Source: a virus
IMG/VR virus record: IMGVR_UViG_3300021963_000084
Span: 18,460 to 82,459 of that record
Strand: one strand, 5' to 3'
Length of the DNA stretch: 64,000 nucleotides
This document shows, in pieces, positions 1 to 10,170 of this stretch (the first letter of the stretch is position 1; every line of letters starts with the position of its first letter). A model generated the notes under the pieces. The model was not told the origin of the DNA. It saw only the letters and a list, made by a program, of their open reading frames with translations, and did no database searches. Made by a program: the position numbers and the translations under genes.

Positions 1-350
1 ATCCATTAACAGGTGATTTTGTTATTCTAAAAGATGAAAATGCTATTAAAAGATCTATATTAAATCTTTTCTCATACAGAAAAGGTGAAAAATTTTTTAA
101 TGCTAAATTTGGAAGTGGCATACCAGATTTGCTTTTTGAACCTTTTGACTATGCTACTGCTGGTATGATAAAAACTGAAATTGAAAATTTAATCAAAAAT
201 TATGAAACAAGGGTAAATTTATTGAATATTTTTATTACCCTGAATCAAGATGAAAATTCTTATGAAATACAAATTGAATATACCTTGCAAGATTTTAGTG
301 CAGCACTGAATACAGTCAACCTGAGTTTAAGTTCAAGAACCAGAACATAG
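1..350 (+). CDS. gp25: Baseplate wedge subunit gp25-like (5' end outside window)
   Basis: Frame is open from base 3: PLTGDFVILKDENAIKRSILNLFSYRKGEKFFNAKFGSGIPDLLFEP...IKNYETRV, a typical gp25/GPW motif set. Lies directly before gp6. The 129 start in the ORF track is an internal TTG. Confidence 0.9.
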   Translation, partial: PLTGDFVILKDENAIKRSILNLFSYRKGEKFFNAKFGSGIPDLLFEPFDYATAGMIKTEIENLIKNYETRVNLLNIFITLNQDENSYEIQIEYTLQDFSAALNTVNLSLSSRTRT

Positions 351-353
351 TAA

Positions 354-2198
354 ATGGCATTCACACAAGTTAGTTCCTTAGATTTTAATGACATCAAAAC
401 CGCTCTCAGAGAATATCTGAGGACGAATACGGATTTTACTGACTATGACTTTGAATCGTCTACTTTATCTGCTATTCTTGATCTTTTAGCATATAATACT
501 TACTATACTGCCTTCAATACAACGATGGCAGTTAATGAAACTTTTTTAAGTTCTGCTTCGCTAAGAGATAATGTAGTTAAAATCGCAAAACAGCTTGGAT
601 ATACTCCAAAATCAAGAACTTCATCAAAAGCAACTTTATCAATCACTGTCAATTTCTCTTCATTAGCTGCGGTAGATCCTAATTTAGTTCCTAAGTTTGT
701 AACCTTAAAAAAAGGAAATTGCTTTATTTCATCAAATCCAAATAATCGTTCAGAAACATTTCAATTTGCTATTTTAGATGATGTTATTACAGCTGTTACT
801 AATAACAGAGCAGTTATTAGTAATGTACAAGGATTGACTCATATTGATGTAATAGAAGGTTTATATTTAACTTATAAATTTACGGTAGATAATACTATTC
901 CAAATCAAAGATTTATTATTCCAACAGAAAATATTGATACCTCTACAATTAGAGTATTTGTACGTTCAGGAGCAACAAGTTCTACCTTAGTAAAGTATGT
1001 TCAAGCAGAAAATATTTTAAACATCAAATCAACAGACAAAGTTTTCTTTGTCCAAGAAACAGATGATCAAAGATATGAATTAGTATTTGGTGATGGGGTA
1101 ATTGGAAGAAAACTTCAAAACAACGAGATTATTGAAGTTTCTTACTTGGTATCATCAGGAGAAAAATCAAATAATATTCGTAATTTTGTATTTACTGGTG
1201 AAATATATGATGATAACTCTAATAGAATCTTAAATAATATTACTACTGCACTAATTTCTAAATCTTCAGGCGGTAGCGACGTTGAGACAGTTGAACAAAT
1301 TAAATTAAACGCACCAAAATTCTATTCTTCTCAGAATAGAGCGGTAACTTTGGATGACTATAAAATTATCCTTCAAAGAATTTTTCCAGCAATTGCGGAT
1401 ATTATTGTGTATGGTGGAGAAGATGAAAGTCCTCCTGAATATGGCAGAGTTAAAATCGCAATTAAACCTACATATGCCGACAAACTAAGTAGTTCGACAA
1501 AAAGGAATATTTTACTTGAATTAAGAAAATATGCAGTTGCTTCAGTAATTCCAGTAATTGTAGATCCATCTATTATTGAAGTTTTATTATTCAGTCAAGT
1601 TTTTTACGATACTACTGCCACTAATTTAAGTCAGGAACAAATTAAAAGTGTAGTAATTCAAAATTTAAAAAGTTACGAAGATACTAATAACATTAGTAAA
1701 TTTAATGGAGTTATTAGAAAAAGTAAATTAGGAACAGTAATTGATTCATCAGAAGATTCAATTACATCAAATGTTACTAATTTACGATTGAGAAAGAAAA
1801 TGATTCCTGCAATTGGAGCAAGAGCTCAATATTTACTTTGTTATGTAAATCCTTTAGACCCATTATGTGGAGATTCTACTTTATCATCTTCGCCGTTCAG
1901 GATTAGTGATTATCCAAGTGTTGATGCATATTTTGATAATATTAGTGATGGAACAATTAGAATATATACTATTGATCCAATCACATCCAATAAAGTAATT
2001 TTAAAAGATTCAATTGGTAGAGTTGATTTTGAAAAGGGTGAAGTTTCTATCGATTTGATTACCATTACATCTGGTTCTAATGAAAATAATGAAATTTTTA
2101 TGACTGTTATACCAAGAAATCCAGATATTCGTGCTGTTAGGGAAGTTTACTTAGATCTTTCCTTAGACAATAGTGTATTTACTATAGTTCCAGAATAG
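354..2198 (+). CDS. gp6: Baseplate wedge subunit gp6
   Basis: LDFNDIK...FTDYDFESS.LS.ILDLLAYNTYY; FGDGVIG; QNRAVTLDDY; 614 aa. Confidence 0.95.
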   Translation: MAFTQVSSLDFNDIKTALREYLRTNTDFTDYDFESSTLSAILDLLAYNTYYTAFNTTMAVNETFLSSASLRDNVVKIAKQLGYTPKSRTSSKATLSITVNFSSLAAVDPNLVPKFVTLKKGNCFISSNPNNRSETFQFAILDDVITAVTNNRAVISNVQGLTHIDVIEGLYLTYKFTVDNTIPNQRFIIPTENIDTSTIRVFVRSGATSSTLVKYVQAENILNIKSTDKVFFVQETDDQRYELVFGDGVIGRKLQNNEIIEVSYLVSSGEKSNNIRNFVFTGEIYDDNSNRILNNITTALISKSSGGSDVETVEQIKLNAPKFYSSQNRAVTLDDYKIILQRIFPAIADIIVYGGEDESPPEYGRVKIAIKPTYADKLSSSTKRNILLELRKYAVASVIPVIVDPSIIEVLLFSQVFYDTTATNLSQEQIKSVVIQNLKSYEDTNNISKFNGVIRKSKLGTVIDSSEDSITSNVTNLRLRKKMIPAIGARAQYLLCYVNPLDPLCGDSTLSSSPFRISDYPSVDAYFDNISDGTIRIYTIDPITSNKVILKDSIGRVDFEKGEVSIDLITITSGSNENNEIFMTVIPRNPDIRAVREVYLDLSLDNSVFTIVPE

Positions 2199-2209
2199 AG
2201 TCATTAAAG

Positions 2210-5200
2210 ATGAGTTCAGATAAGTTAAATATTTCAACTTTTATTGAAGAACAACTTCCTTCTTTCATTAAGGAAGAATTTCCTAGATTTTCAAATTTTT
2301 TCACTAGTTATTACAAATCTCTAGAAATTTCTGGAGGTGTACTTGACATTGCCAATAATATTTTAGATTATGTTAATTTTGACTCATTAACAAAAGAAAA
2401 TTTAATAAGTGAAACTAATTTAACTTCTGCGGTAACATCTTCTGGGACAACTATTTCTGTAAATTCAGTAAAAGGATTTCCCGAAAAAGAAGGTATTATT
2501 TTAGTTGATAGAGAAATAATTTTTTACAAAGAAGTAAATAAAACTACTAATCAATTTTTAAATTGTGCTAGAGGATATTCGGCAACTACAGCATTAAGTG
2601 ACTTAGGAACAACAGTCACTAATTCGGTTGCCGCTTCGCATACAAATGGGAGTATCGTAAAAAATCTTTCTAATTTAATTCTATTTGCATTTATTAAAAA
2701 TTATCAGAATCAGTATCTTGATGGATTTCCATATACTCAACTAGATTCTGATATCGATCAAGTAACTTTACTTGAGAATATTAAAGATTTTTATAGTTAT
2801 AAGGGAACTACAACTTCAATTCAATTTTTATTTCAATCAATTTTTGCTGAAGAAGTTGAGGTATTTTTCCCTCGTGAAACTTTACTCAAAGCATCTACAT
2901 CAAATTGGTCTGTAGATGATATTATTAAAGTAGAAGCAATTTTAGGAAATCCTGGTGATTTAGTAGGGTATCAAATTTTTCAAACTGATATTGCTGGTAC
3001 GGCATCAGTTTCTACTGTATTAGAACCAATATTAGTTAATAGTATTTCTAATGCTGGAACTATTTTTGAACTAAATCTTAATATCTTAGAAAGACAAAAT
3101 TTTATAGTTCCATCAACCACAATTTTAAGAAAACAATTATCACCATCTGATGATACTATCTTAGTAGATTCTACTATTGGATTTCCAGAGCAACAAGGAA
3201 TATTACAAATTAATGATGAATATATTACTTATAGATACAAATCTTTTAATCAATTCTTTGATTGTGTAAGAGGTGCTTTTGATAGTGTTCCTGCAAATCA
3301 TGCTTTAAATTCAAATATTAATACAACTGAATATCTTTATGGATATAAGGATGGAATAGTTAATGATTCTAATCTTATAAAAATGAGATTAATTGGTGTT
3401 TTATCTTCTGCAACTATTGAAGATGGATCATCTTTCTATGAATCGAATGAAGATATTGATCTTACTCCTAATGGAGTTGTTGATTTAAGAAAGCAATTTA
3501 CGGAATGGATTTTTAATGAAAATGGAAGAACAGCATCTAGTGCAAATATTGCAATTAATAATGCAGTTAAAAATATTTCATCAGACGTAGCAGCGGTATA
3601 TAAAACTGATGACTATGCTTATGTATCTTCAACTGGATTACCAACTCACGGTATTGGACCATTTAGAGGAGTATCTGGAAATCCAGGAAATCAACTTTTA
3701 CTTAGAAATATTCCATTACAAACTGAAAGACTTACTCAAGCACAACCTGTAGGGCAAAAAGCAACAGGTATATTCGTTAATGGTGTTGAATCATATAGTT
3801 GTATTGATTTAACATCAGAAATTTTTGGTTCTATTGAATCTGTATCAATTATTGATGGTGGTCGTGGATTTTTAACCGATGTAAATCCTGTTTTTAGATT
3901 AAGTGGTGGCGGGGGATCTGGTGCTACATTTAGCGGCGTTACTGCGAATGGTCAAGTTACTTCTGTTGTCGTAGTAAGTGGCGGAACTGGTTATACTTCA
4001 GATCCAACTATTGAAATTGCATATGGTTTTGATGCAACAGCAACTATTTTGAATGAGTCGGATATTGTTGGTGGTTCAATTAGAACTATTACAATCACCA
4101 ATCCAGGAAGTAATTATGTAGTTCCTCCTGATGTTATAATTAGAGACATTACAGGAAGAGGTAGAGGTGCTTTTGCTACAGCTACTATTTCTGGAGGAAC
4201 TGTTACTGGAATCACCATCCTCAATGGTGGTGTAGACTATAATGACAGGAATAATGTTGTAGTTTCTTTAATTTCAAAAGGAACTGGAGTTGTAGCAACT
4301 GCAAACGTCAAACGTTGGAGATATAATAGAGTATTTAAACTTTTAAATGATAGAATTTCATCAACTAGTCCTTGGCAATCAGTAACTTCATCAAAAGTAG
4401 ATTTTTCTAATGGATATTTGTACGAAGGTCTTGATATTCAACGTGGACTTGAATATGCATACGCATTAAATCCTAAACTTCTTAGATATGAATTGAATGA
4501 TAATGTTGAAGGTGTTTCCCTGGGATACCAGGAAGTAACAAGTGGATTTGCACATTCTCCAATTATTGGATGGGCATATGATGGTTCTCCAATTTATGGT
4601 CCGTATGGATACACAAATCCATTAAACTCTTCTTCTGGTATTTCCAGAATGACAAGTAGTTATTCACTAATTTCTTCAATACCAATAGGAAGACCAAATG
4701 TAACTAACTATCCTTTAGGTTCATTTACTAGTGATTATGAATTCTTAAATGGATCTGGAAGTCTTGATCAGCATAATGGCAGATTCTGTGTCACTCCAGA
4801 ATATCCAGAAGGTGTATATGCTTATTTTATCACAGTAGACCAGTTTGGTAATGGAGTATATCCTTATATTATAGGTCCAACTTACAAATATGTTCCTTCA
4901 ATCTCTAATTTTGATGTATCAATTACTCAATTAGAAAGAAACTTACCACTGCAGGCAAAAAGAATCAGAACTCCTCTGATGCCTACTACTGGTGCTGAAG
5001 CAAGACTTTTTGTGAATGCTGTTGACAGGGGTTCAATTGAATCATATGAAGTTTACGATACAGATCCAAACTTTAAGGTAAATGATTATTTGTATGTTGA
5101 TAGCACTGATACTGAAGGTTCTGGTATAATTGCAAAAGTAAATAAAATTGCTGGTGTAACAGTAAGTTCCGTTACATATAGTGTTGCATCAGGATTTACT

Positions 5201-8200
5201 GCATCTGGCATCACTGTAATTAGTGGTTTGACGCAATTCTCATATCCAACTGTTATTACTTGTCCTGGCGTTACAATTCCATATGAAGCATATGTAACCA
5301 CCACAGAACCTCATAGATTATCGATTAATGAGCAAATTGTTGTCAATATGACAGCAAGAAATATTCCTTTGACTATGACTTATAAAGTCAGAGTTTCTGA
5401 TTATCAAACAATTACCTATAATGATCCTTTAGTTGGATCTACATTAGCAACTGATGTTACATTTACTACTACTGTAATTAGTGTAAATAATATCACCTCA
5501 TTCCGTTTGAATGATTATATTAGAATTAATAATGAAATAATGAGAATTACTGCAATTACTGGAACTTTATCTGGTAATCTTACAGTAACAAGAGCGCAGT
5601 TAGGTACTACTCTTGCTTTACATAATGCAACTCAAACAATCACTCGTCACGTTCCAGTTGATGAATTTCCATATCAACTTACAGTTGGGCAAACAATAAC
5701 GGATGGTTCGGCAACTGGAACAATTTATGCATTAAATAAACAGAATAGGACTATAGAAATAAAAGTATCAAGCGGTACTTTTACAAATCTTAGTGTAATA
5801 TCTGATACCAATTCACCAGTAAGAAGAATTGCAATAAACACTGTAACACAAAAAAACAGTTATTGGGAAGTTGATGTCACCAACACTGGAAATCATTATG
5901 TGAGAAATCTTGATTTTGAAATGATTAAAGGAACAAGATATGTTTTTGATGTAAGTCATCCAAGTAACTCTGGATATTCTTTAGTTTTCAGTGAAGATTT
6001 TGGAAATATTAATCAAATTAATTTTGCTACAATATCAGGAGTTCCTGGAACTACAGGAGCATCTATTATTTTCGATGAAAATATTTTTTCTGATTTAGAT
6101 GTACCACGACTTTATTATTATGAATTGAGAAATAGAGTAGTCAATGGTAGAAACAAATTTAATATAAAAAATAATTATGTTTCTGGTACTAAAAATATAA
6201 CTTTGATTGATAATTATACATTTAAATATTCTATTGATGGTCAACCAGAAGAAAGAACATTTAATAATATTAATTATGAAACCACTTCAGAATCTGCAAT
6301 AGGTAAAATTATTTCTATTGAGAATATTGATGGTGGGTTTGGATATAAAAAATTACCTTCAGTGATAGGTATAACACATAAAGAAGTGGATGCTGCAAGA
6401 TTATCGTTTACTTTATCATCTGGAGGTGGATTTAATACTGTATCTGTTTTAAACGGAGGAGAAAGATATTCTAATGATGTTGAACTTCGCATCATCACTT
6501 CAACTGGTTCTGGAGCAACATTATCACCAGTATTAGTAAATGGTAGAATCCAAAATGTGACTATAGTAAAATCTGGAAAAGGATATCGTGCTTCTGATAG
6601 AATTGTAGCAATTGATAAATCTGTTATTATCTTTCCAGAGAGTAATAGCATTGGAAAAATTAAAACTCTTAGATTTAATAATTATGGAAATAGATTTAGT
6701 CTTGATAGAACTCTTTCAAAAGAACTTAAATTTGCAGCAAAAATAACTGTAACAAATTTAACCATACCATACAGAATCGGTGAAATTTTAAATCATCCAA
6801 ATAATGTTTCATTTGAAGTAAAGGAAATTAATAAAGTTGGAAATAAATCCTACTTACTTAAATTAAACTTACTAAGTGGTGATTTAAGTTCTGTAAAAAT
6901 TAATACGTTATTGACAGGAACCGTTAATTTATCCACATCTATCATAAAGAATATTAAGTATCCTGTAGTGTATGGAAACGTTTCTGGATATATTTCAAGA
7001 TTTGGATATTTTGATGACGATCTTGGAAAAATTAGTGCTTCATCTCAAAAAATTACAGATAGTTATTATTATCAAGATTATTCTTATGTTGTAAGAACTA
7101 CAAAATCTCTTAGAAGTTATAGAAAACAATTAAATAAAAGTACTCATCCATTAGGATTCAAACTTTTTGGCGAAGTATCTCTAAGAGATGAAATTGCGTT
7201 TACTGCATCAGGTCATACTGGTAGTGTATTTTTACCAAGTAATCCTACTCAAAATCAAGTAATTATTACAGTAAGTGGAATTAATGTAGAGTCTTTTATT
7301 TCTCAAACCAGAAGAAGTGTCAATATTATAAATCAGTCTATTTTACCTAAAATTCCTGGAACTGGTTCTGCTTTAGTTAATGTATCAAATAATGATGTTG
7401 ATGTGAGAAGAATTAGTGATTTATCATCTCAATTCAATGGTTCAGAAAAAACTTTTAATTTAAGTACAATTGATGGAGCTCCTACATCTGGAATGGAAGA
7501 ATATTCCAGCTTAGTTGTTTTAAATCAAATTATTCAAGAACCAGTAGAAACTAAAAATATTAGTTCTATTTCATACTATGGTGGAAATGCAACCATTACA
7601 ACAACGGAACCACACGGTTATTCTTATACTTTATCTGGACAAACTTATCCAACAAGTAGATATGTAAGTATTACTGGAGTGACTGTAACTGGTGTTCCAT
7701 ATATTTTCAACGATAGGTTTGAAATTTATGATGTACCATCATCAAATACATTCACAGTTCTTTTTGAAAATGAAGTTGGAATTACTACTAATAATGATCC
7801 AAGGACTTGTGCAGATGTCAGATCTACAGTAGATAATTTAGTTGGAATCATAACTAATGCGTTATCTATAGCGAACATCGGGTCAGGAGTAACATTACCA
7901 TCACAAAACAATGGCATTTGGGCAGTTACTTCAGGAAATTCTGATATTATTGCCGCAAATAGACATAGAGATGGTGCTAATTTAATTACCGCAAATCGTA
8001 CAGAAATTCTGAATAGTGCGTATAATGTCATATCAGGTTTTACTGGAAATCCAGACCCAGTAAAATGTATTCGTGATATTGGGTATATTGTTGATGCGGT
8101 AGTGCTCGATTTGTATACTGGCGGCAATAGCAATATATTGAATGCAACAAGAGCTTACTTTACTCCATCTGGAACTACACTTATTTCTAATGGTGTCGAG

Positions 8201-10129
8201 GGAGAAGTTCCTCAAACAATAACTGCTTTTAATGCAGCAAGAGATTTGATGAAGCTTGCTTTGACAAATCAACTTTCAGTTAAAGACTTGACAATCATAC
8301 CTGACTTTATTCCAGCGTCAGGAGTAGTTTCAAATTCAGATCTTCTTAATGCAAAGTTAAGAAAAGGTTCTTTTGATTTTAATAATGGACAAATTATGTT
8401 TGAAGAACCACCTGGAGAAGGTTCTACTTTCTACTCTGCATCTTATAAATTCGTAAGTCCTGCAGATCAAACAAGATATGTTTATAAAGTAAAAACCATT
8501 TTATTTGATGGTATCACAAATTCATTTGAACTTTATAAAGAAAATGGTACTGCACTGACTACTGAAGCAGATGAAAATCTTTTAGTATTCATCGACGGAG
8601 TTCTTCAGTTCTATGGAGAAACTTATACTATCGATAGAACAGTATCTCCAAATAGAATTAATTTTACATTTACTCCAGATAAAGAAAGAAGATTCTTTGC
8701 TTATTCTTTTGGTAAGTATAAGTATCTTGATAGCATCAATAATTTGATTGATGGTTCGCAAACGGTCTTTAATTTACAATTTAACAGTGATAATTATAAA
8801 ATTGGTGTTCCTGATAGATTATTAGTTCTTTTAGATGGAGTTCCTCAACTTTATGGTGATTCTTATACTATTAATGAAAGTGTTATATTCTTTAACGAAC
8901 CTCCTCAGGCAAATAAAAATTGTAAGATGCTTTTCTTCTATGGAAAGTCATTTGATAAAACTTTATCAATTTATGATGGGAAAGTTTTTGACCCAATTTA
9001 CACAATTGGTGATGTAACTCCTGATGGTTGTCAAGTTTGGACTAAGAATCAAACTTCATATTCTTATATTGAACCAGGAGACAGAATTGCTATCGAAGGT
9101 GAAACACCAAAAGAATTAATTGAAATTAGATCTCAATTTGTCAAGTATTCTGATATGCTTCAGTATATTTGTCTTATTTTTGATGATAATTCTTATGTAA
9201 GAGGTAAAAATGCTGTTGCTTCGGCAGTTGTTTCTGGAACTACAAGCGGTGTTACATCAGTAACTCTTTTAAATGGTGGCTTTGACTACGATACTGCTCC
9301 AGTTATTGTCTTCAAAAATTCTTGTGATAACCCAGGAAAAGGAGCAAAAGCTGAACCTGTAATGAGAAATGGTTCAGTAGTAGGTATTAACGTTCTCAGT
9401 TCTGGATCTGGATATACTTCTGCACCTGAAGTAATCTTTGCTAAGAAGTATGAAATTATCAGACAAAAATATCCAGTTTACACTAGAGATAATATTGAAG
9501 TATCTTATACTCCTCCTGCATATCAAACAGGAAACTTCCTATCTGCAAATAGCACTATTTCTAGTACCACTAGTGGGAATGTAGCAGAAAAAGATATTAC
9601 AGTTCCTACAATTAGTGTATTAATGAATACTATTAGTACACCAGTGGTAGTAATGCAAAATCCTGAAACTGATAATATTGGAAATTCACTTGGAATTTTT
9701 GAACATAATGCTTTTGGTTATGAACCACTTAATCTTGATGGTAATAATCCTCCTTTCTTGGGAAGCAATACGAATTTAGAAACATTCATTAGATTGTATC
9801 CTAATTTGACTATTGGTGATTTTGTTAATAGAAGTAATCAAACTACTGGTGTAAATGAATTTAATGAATTTAATCTTGGTTTGGAGACATATATTACTGT
9901 AGGAGCATCGTTAGCAAGTGGAATTACTAATACTGATACTACAATTGTTGTTTCTGGAAATACAAATTATTTCCCAACAGTATCTGGTTATGTACTATTT
10001 GGTAATGAAATTGCTCAATACACAACTATTTCTGGTCAAACATTGTTGAATGTCTCTCGTGGTCTTAATACTACAACAGCATCTGGTCACAGTGCTGGTG
10101 AATATTTCAACATTGCTTGGCGAGGGTAA
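2210..10129 (+). CDS. gp7: Baseplate wedge initiator gp7-like, 2639 aa, multidomain (split YHYH-like domain, repeats)
   Basis: Lies between gp6 and gp8. IEEQLPSFI N-terminus, IKDFYSYKGT, DSYYYQDYSY...HPLGFKLFGEV motifs of cyanophage gp7. Confidence 0.85.
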   Translation: MSSDKLNISTFIEEQLPSFIKEEFPRFSNFFTSYYKSLEISGGVLDIANNILDYVNFDSLTKENLISETNLTSAVTSSGTTISVNSVKGFPEKEGIILVDREIIFYKEVNKTTNQFLNCARGYSATTALSDLGTTVTNSVAASHTNGSIVKNLSNLILFAFIKNYQNQYLDGFPYTQLDSDIDQVTLLENIKDFYSYKGTTTSIQFLFQSIFAEEVEVFFPRETLLKASTSNWSVDDIIKVEAILGNPGDLVGYQIFQTDIAGTASVSTVLEPILVNSISNAGTIFELNLNILERQNFIVPSTTILRKQLSPSDDTILVDSTIGFPEQQGILQINDEYITYRYKSFNQFFDCVRGAFDSVPANHALNSNINTTEYLYGYKDGIVNDSNLIKMRLIGVLSSATIEDGSSFYESNEDIDLTPNGVVDLRKQFTEWIFNENGRTASSANIAINNAVKNISSDVAAVYKTDDYAYVSSTGLPTHGIGPFRGVSGNPGNQLLLRNIPLQTERLTQAQPVGQKATGIFVNGVESYSCIDLTSEIFGSIESVSIIDGGRGFLTDVNPVFRLSGGGGSGATFSGVTANGQVTSVVVVSGGTGYTSDPTIEIAYGFDATATILNESDIVGGSIRTITITNPGSNYVVPPDVIIRDITGRGRGAFATATISGGTVTGITILNGGVDYNDRNNVVVSLISKGTGVVATANVKRWRYNRVFKLLNDRISSTSPWQSVTSSKVDFSNGYLYEGLDIQRGLEYAYALNPKLLRYELNDNVEGVSLGYQEVTSGFAHSPIIGWAYDGSPIYGPYGYTNPLNSSSGISRMTSSYSLISSIPIGRPNVTNYPLGSFTSDYEFLNGSGSLDQHNGRFCVTPEYPEGVYAYFITVDQFGNGVYPYIIGPTYKYVPSISNFDVSITQLERNLPLQAKRIRTPLMPTTGAEARLFVNAVDRGSIESYEVYDTDPNFKVNDYLYVDSTDTEGSGIIAKVNKIAGVTVSSVTYSVASGFTASGITVISGLTQFSYPTVITCPGVTIPYEAYVTTTEPHRLSINEQIVVNMTARNIPLTMTYKVRVSDYQTITYNDPLVGSTLATDVTFTTTVISVNNITSFRLNDYIRINNEIMRITAITGTLSGNLTVTRAQLGTTLALHNATQTITRHVPVDEFPYQLTVGQTITDGSATGTIYALNKQNRTIEIKVSSGTFTNLSVISDTNSPVRRIAINTVTQKNSYWEVDVTNTGNHYVRNLDFEMIKGTRYVFDVSHPSNSGYSLVFSEDFGNINQINFATISGVPGTTGASIIFDENIFSDLDVPRLYYYELRNRVVNGRNKFNIKNNYVSGTKNITLIDNYTFKYSIDGQPEERTFNNINYETTSESAIGKIISIENIDGGFGYKKLPSVIGITHKEVDAARLSFTLSSGGGFNTVSVLNGGERYSNDVELRIITSTGSGATLSPVLVNGRIQNVTIVKSGKGYRASDRIVAIDKSVIIFPESNSIGKIKTLRFNNYGNRFSLDRTLSKELKFAAKITVTNLTIPYRIGEILNHPNNVSFEVKEINKVGNKSYLLKLNLLSGDLSSVKINTLLTGTVNLSTSIIKNIKYPVVYGNVSGYISRFGYFDDDLGKISASSQKITDSYYYQDYSYVVRTTKSLRSYRKQLNKSTHPLGFKLFGEVSLRDEIAFTASGHTGSVFLPSNPTQNQVIITVSGINVESFISQTRRSVNIINQSILPKIPGTGSALVNVSNNDVDVRRISDLSSQFNGSEKTFNLSTIDGAPTSGMEEYSSLVVLNQIIQEPVETKNISSISYYGGNATITTTEPHGYSYTLSGQTYPTSRYVSITGVTVTGVPYIFNDRFEIYDVPSSNTFTVLFENEVGITTNNDPRTCADVRSTVDNLVGIITNALSIANIGSGVTLPSQNNGIWAVTSGNSDIIAANRHRDGANLITANRTEILNSAYNVISGFTGNPDPVKCIRDIGYIVDAVVLDLYTGGNSNILNATRAYFTPSGTTLISNGVEGEVPQTITAFNAARDLMKLALTNQLSVKDLTIIPDFIPASGVVSNSDLLNAKLRKGSFDFNNGQIMFEEPPGEGSTFYSASYKFVSPADQTRYVYKVKTILFDGITNSFELYKENGTALTTEADENLLVFIDGVLQFYGETYTIDRTVSPNRINFTFTPDKERRFFAYSFGKYKYLDSINNLIDGSQTVFNLQFNSDNYKIGVPDRLLVLLDGVPQLYGDSYTINESVIFFNEPPQANKNCKMLFFYGKSFDKTLSIYDGKVFDPIYTIGDVTPDGCQVWTKNQTSYSYIEPGDRIAIEGETPKELIEIRSQFVKYSDMLQYICLIFDDNSYVRGKNAVASAVVSGTTSGVTSVTLLNGGFDYDTAPVIVFKNSCDNPGKGAKAEPVMRNGSVVGINVLSSGSGYTSAPEVIFAKKYEIIRQKYPVYTRDNIEVSYTPPAYQTGNFLSANSTISSTTSGNVAEKDITVPTISVLMNTISTPVVVMQNPETDNIGNSLGIFEHNAFGYEPLNLDGNNPPFLGSNTNLETFIRLYPNLTIGDFVNRSNQTTGVNEFNEFNLGLETYITVGASLASGITNTDTTIVVSGNTNYFPTVSGYVLFGNEIAQYTTISGQTLLNVSRGLNTTTASGHSAGEYFNIAWRG

Positions 10130-10133
10130 TAAA

Positions 10134-10141
10134 TATAAATA
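10134..10141 (+). promoter_or_regulatory. T4-type late promoter TATAAATA
   Basis: Exact gp55 consensus in the gp7-gp8 intergenic gap. Confidence 0.85.
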
Positions 10142-10170
10142 ACTCAAAGGAAAATTAAGTCTTTAATAAC

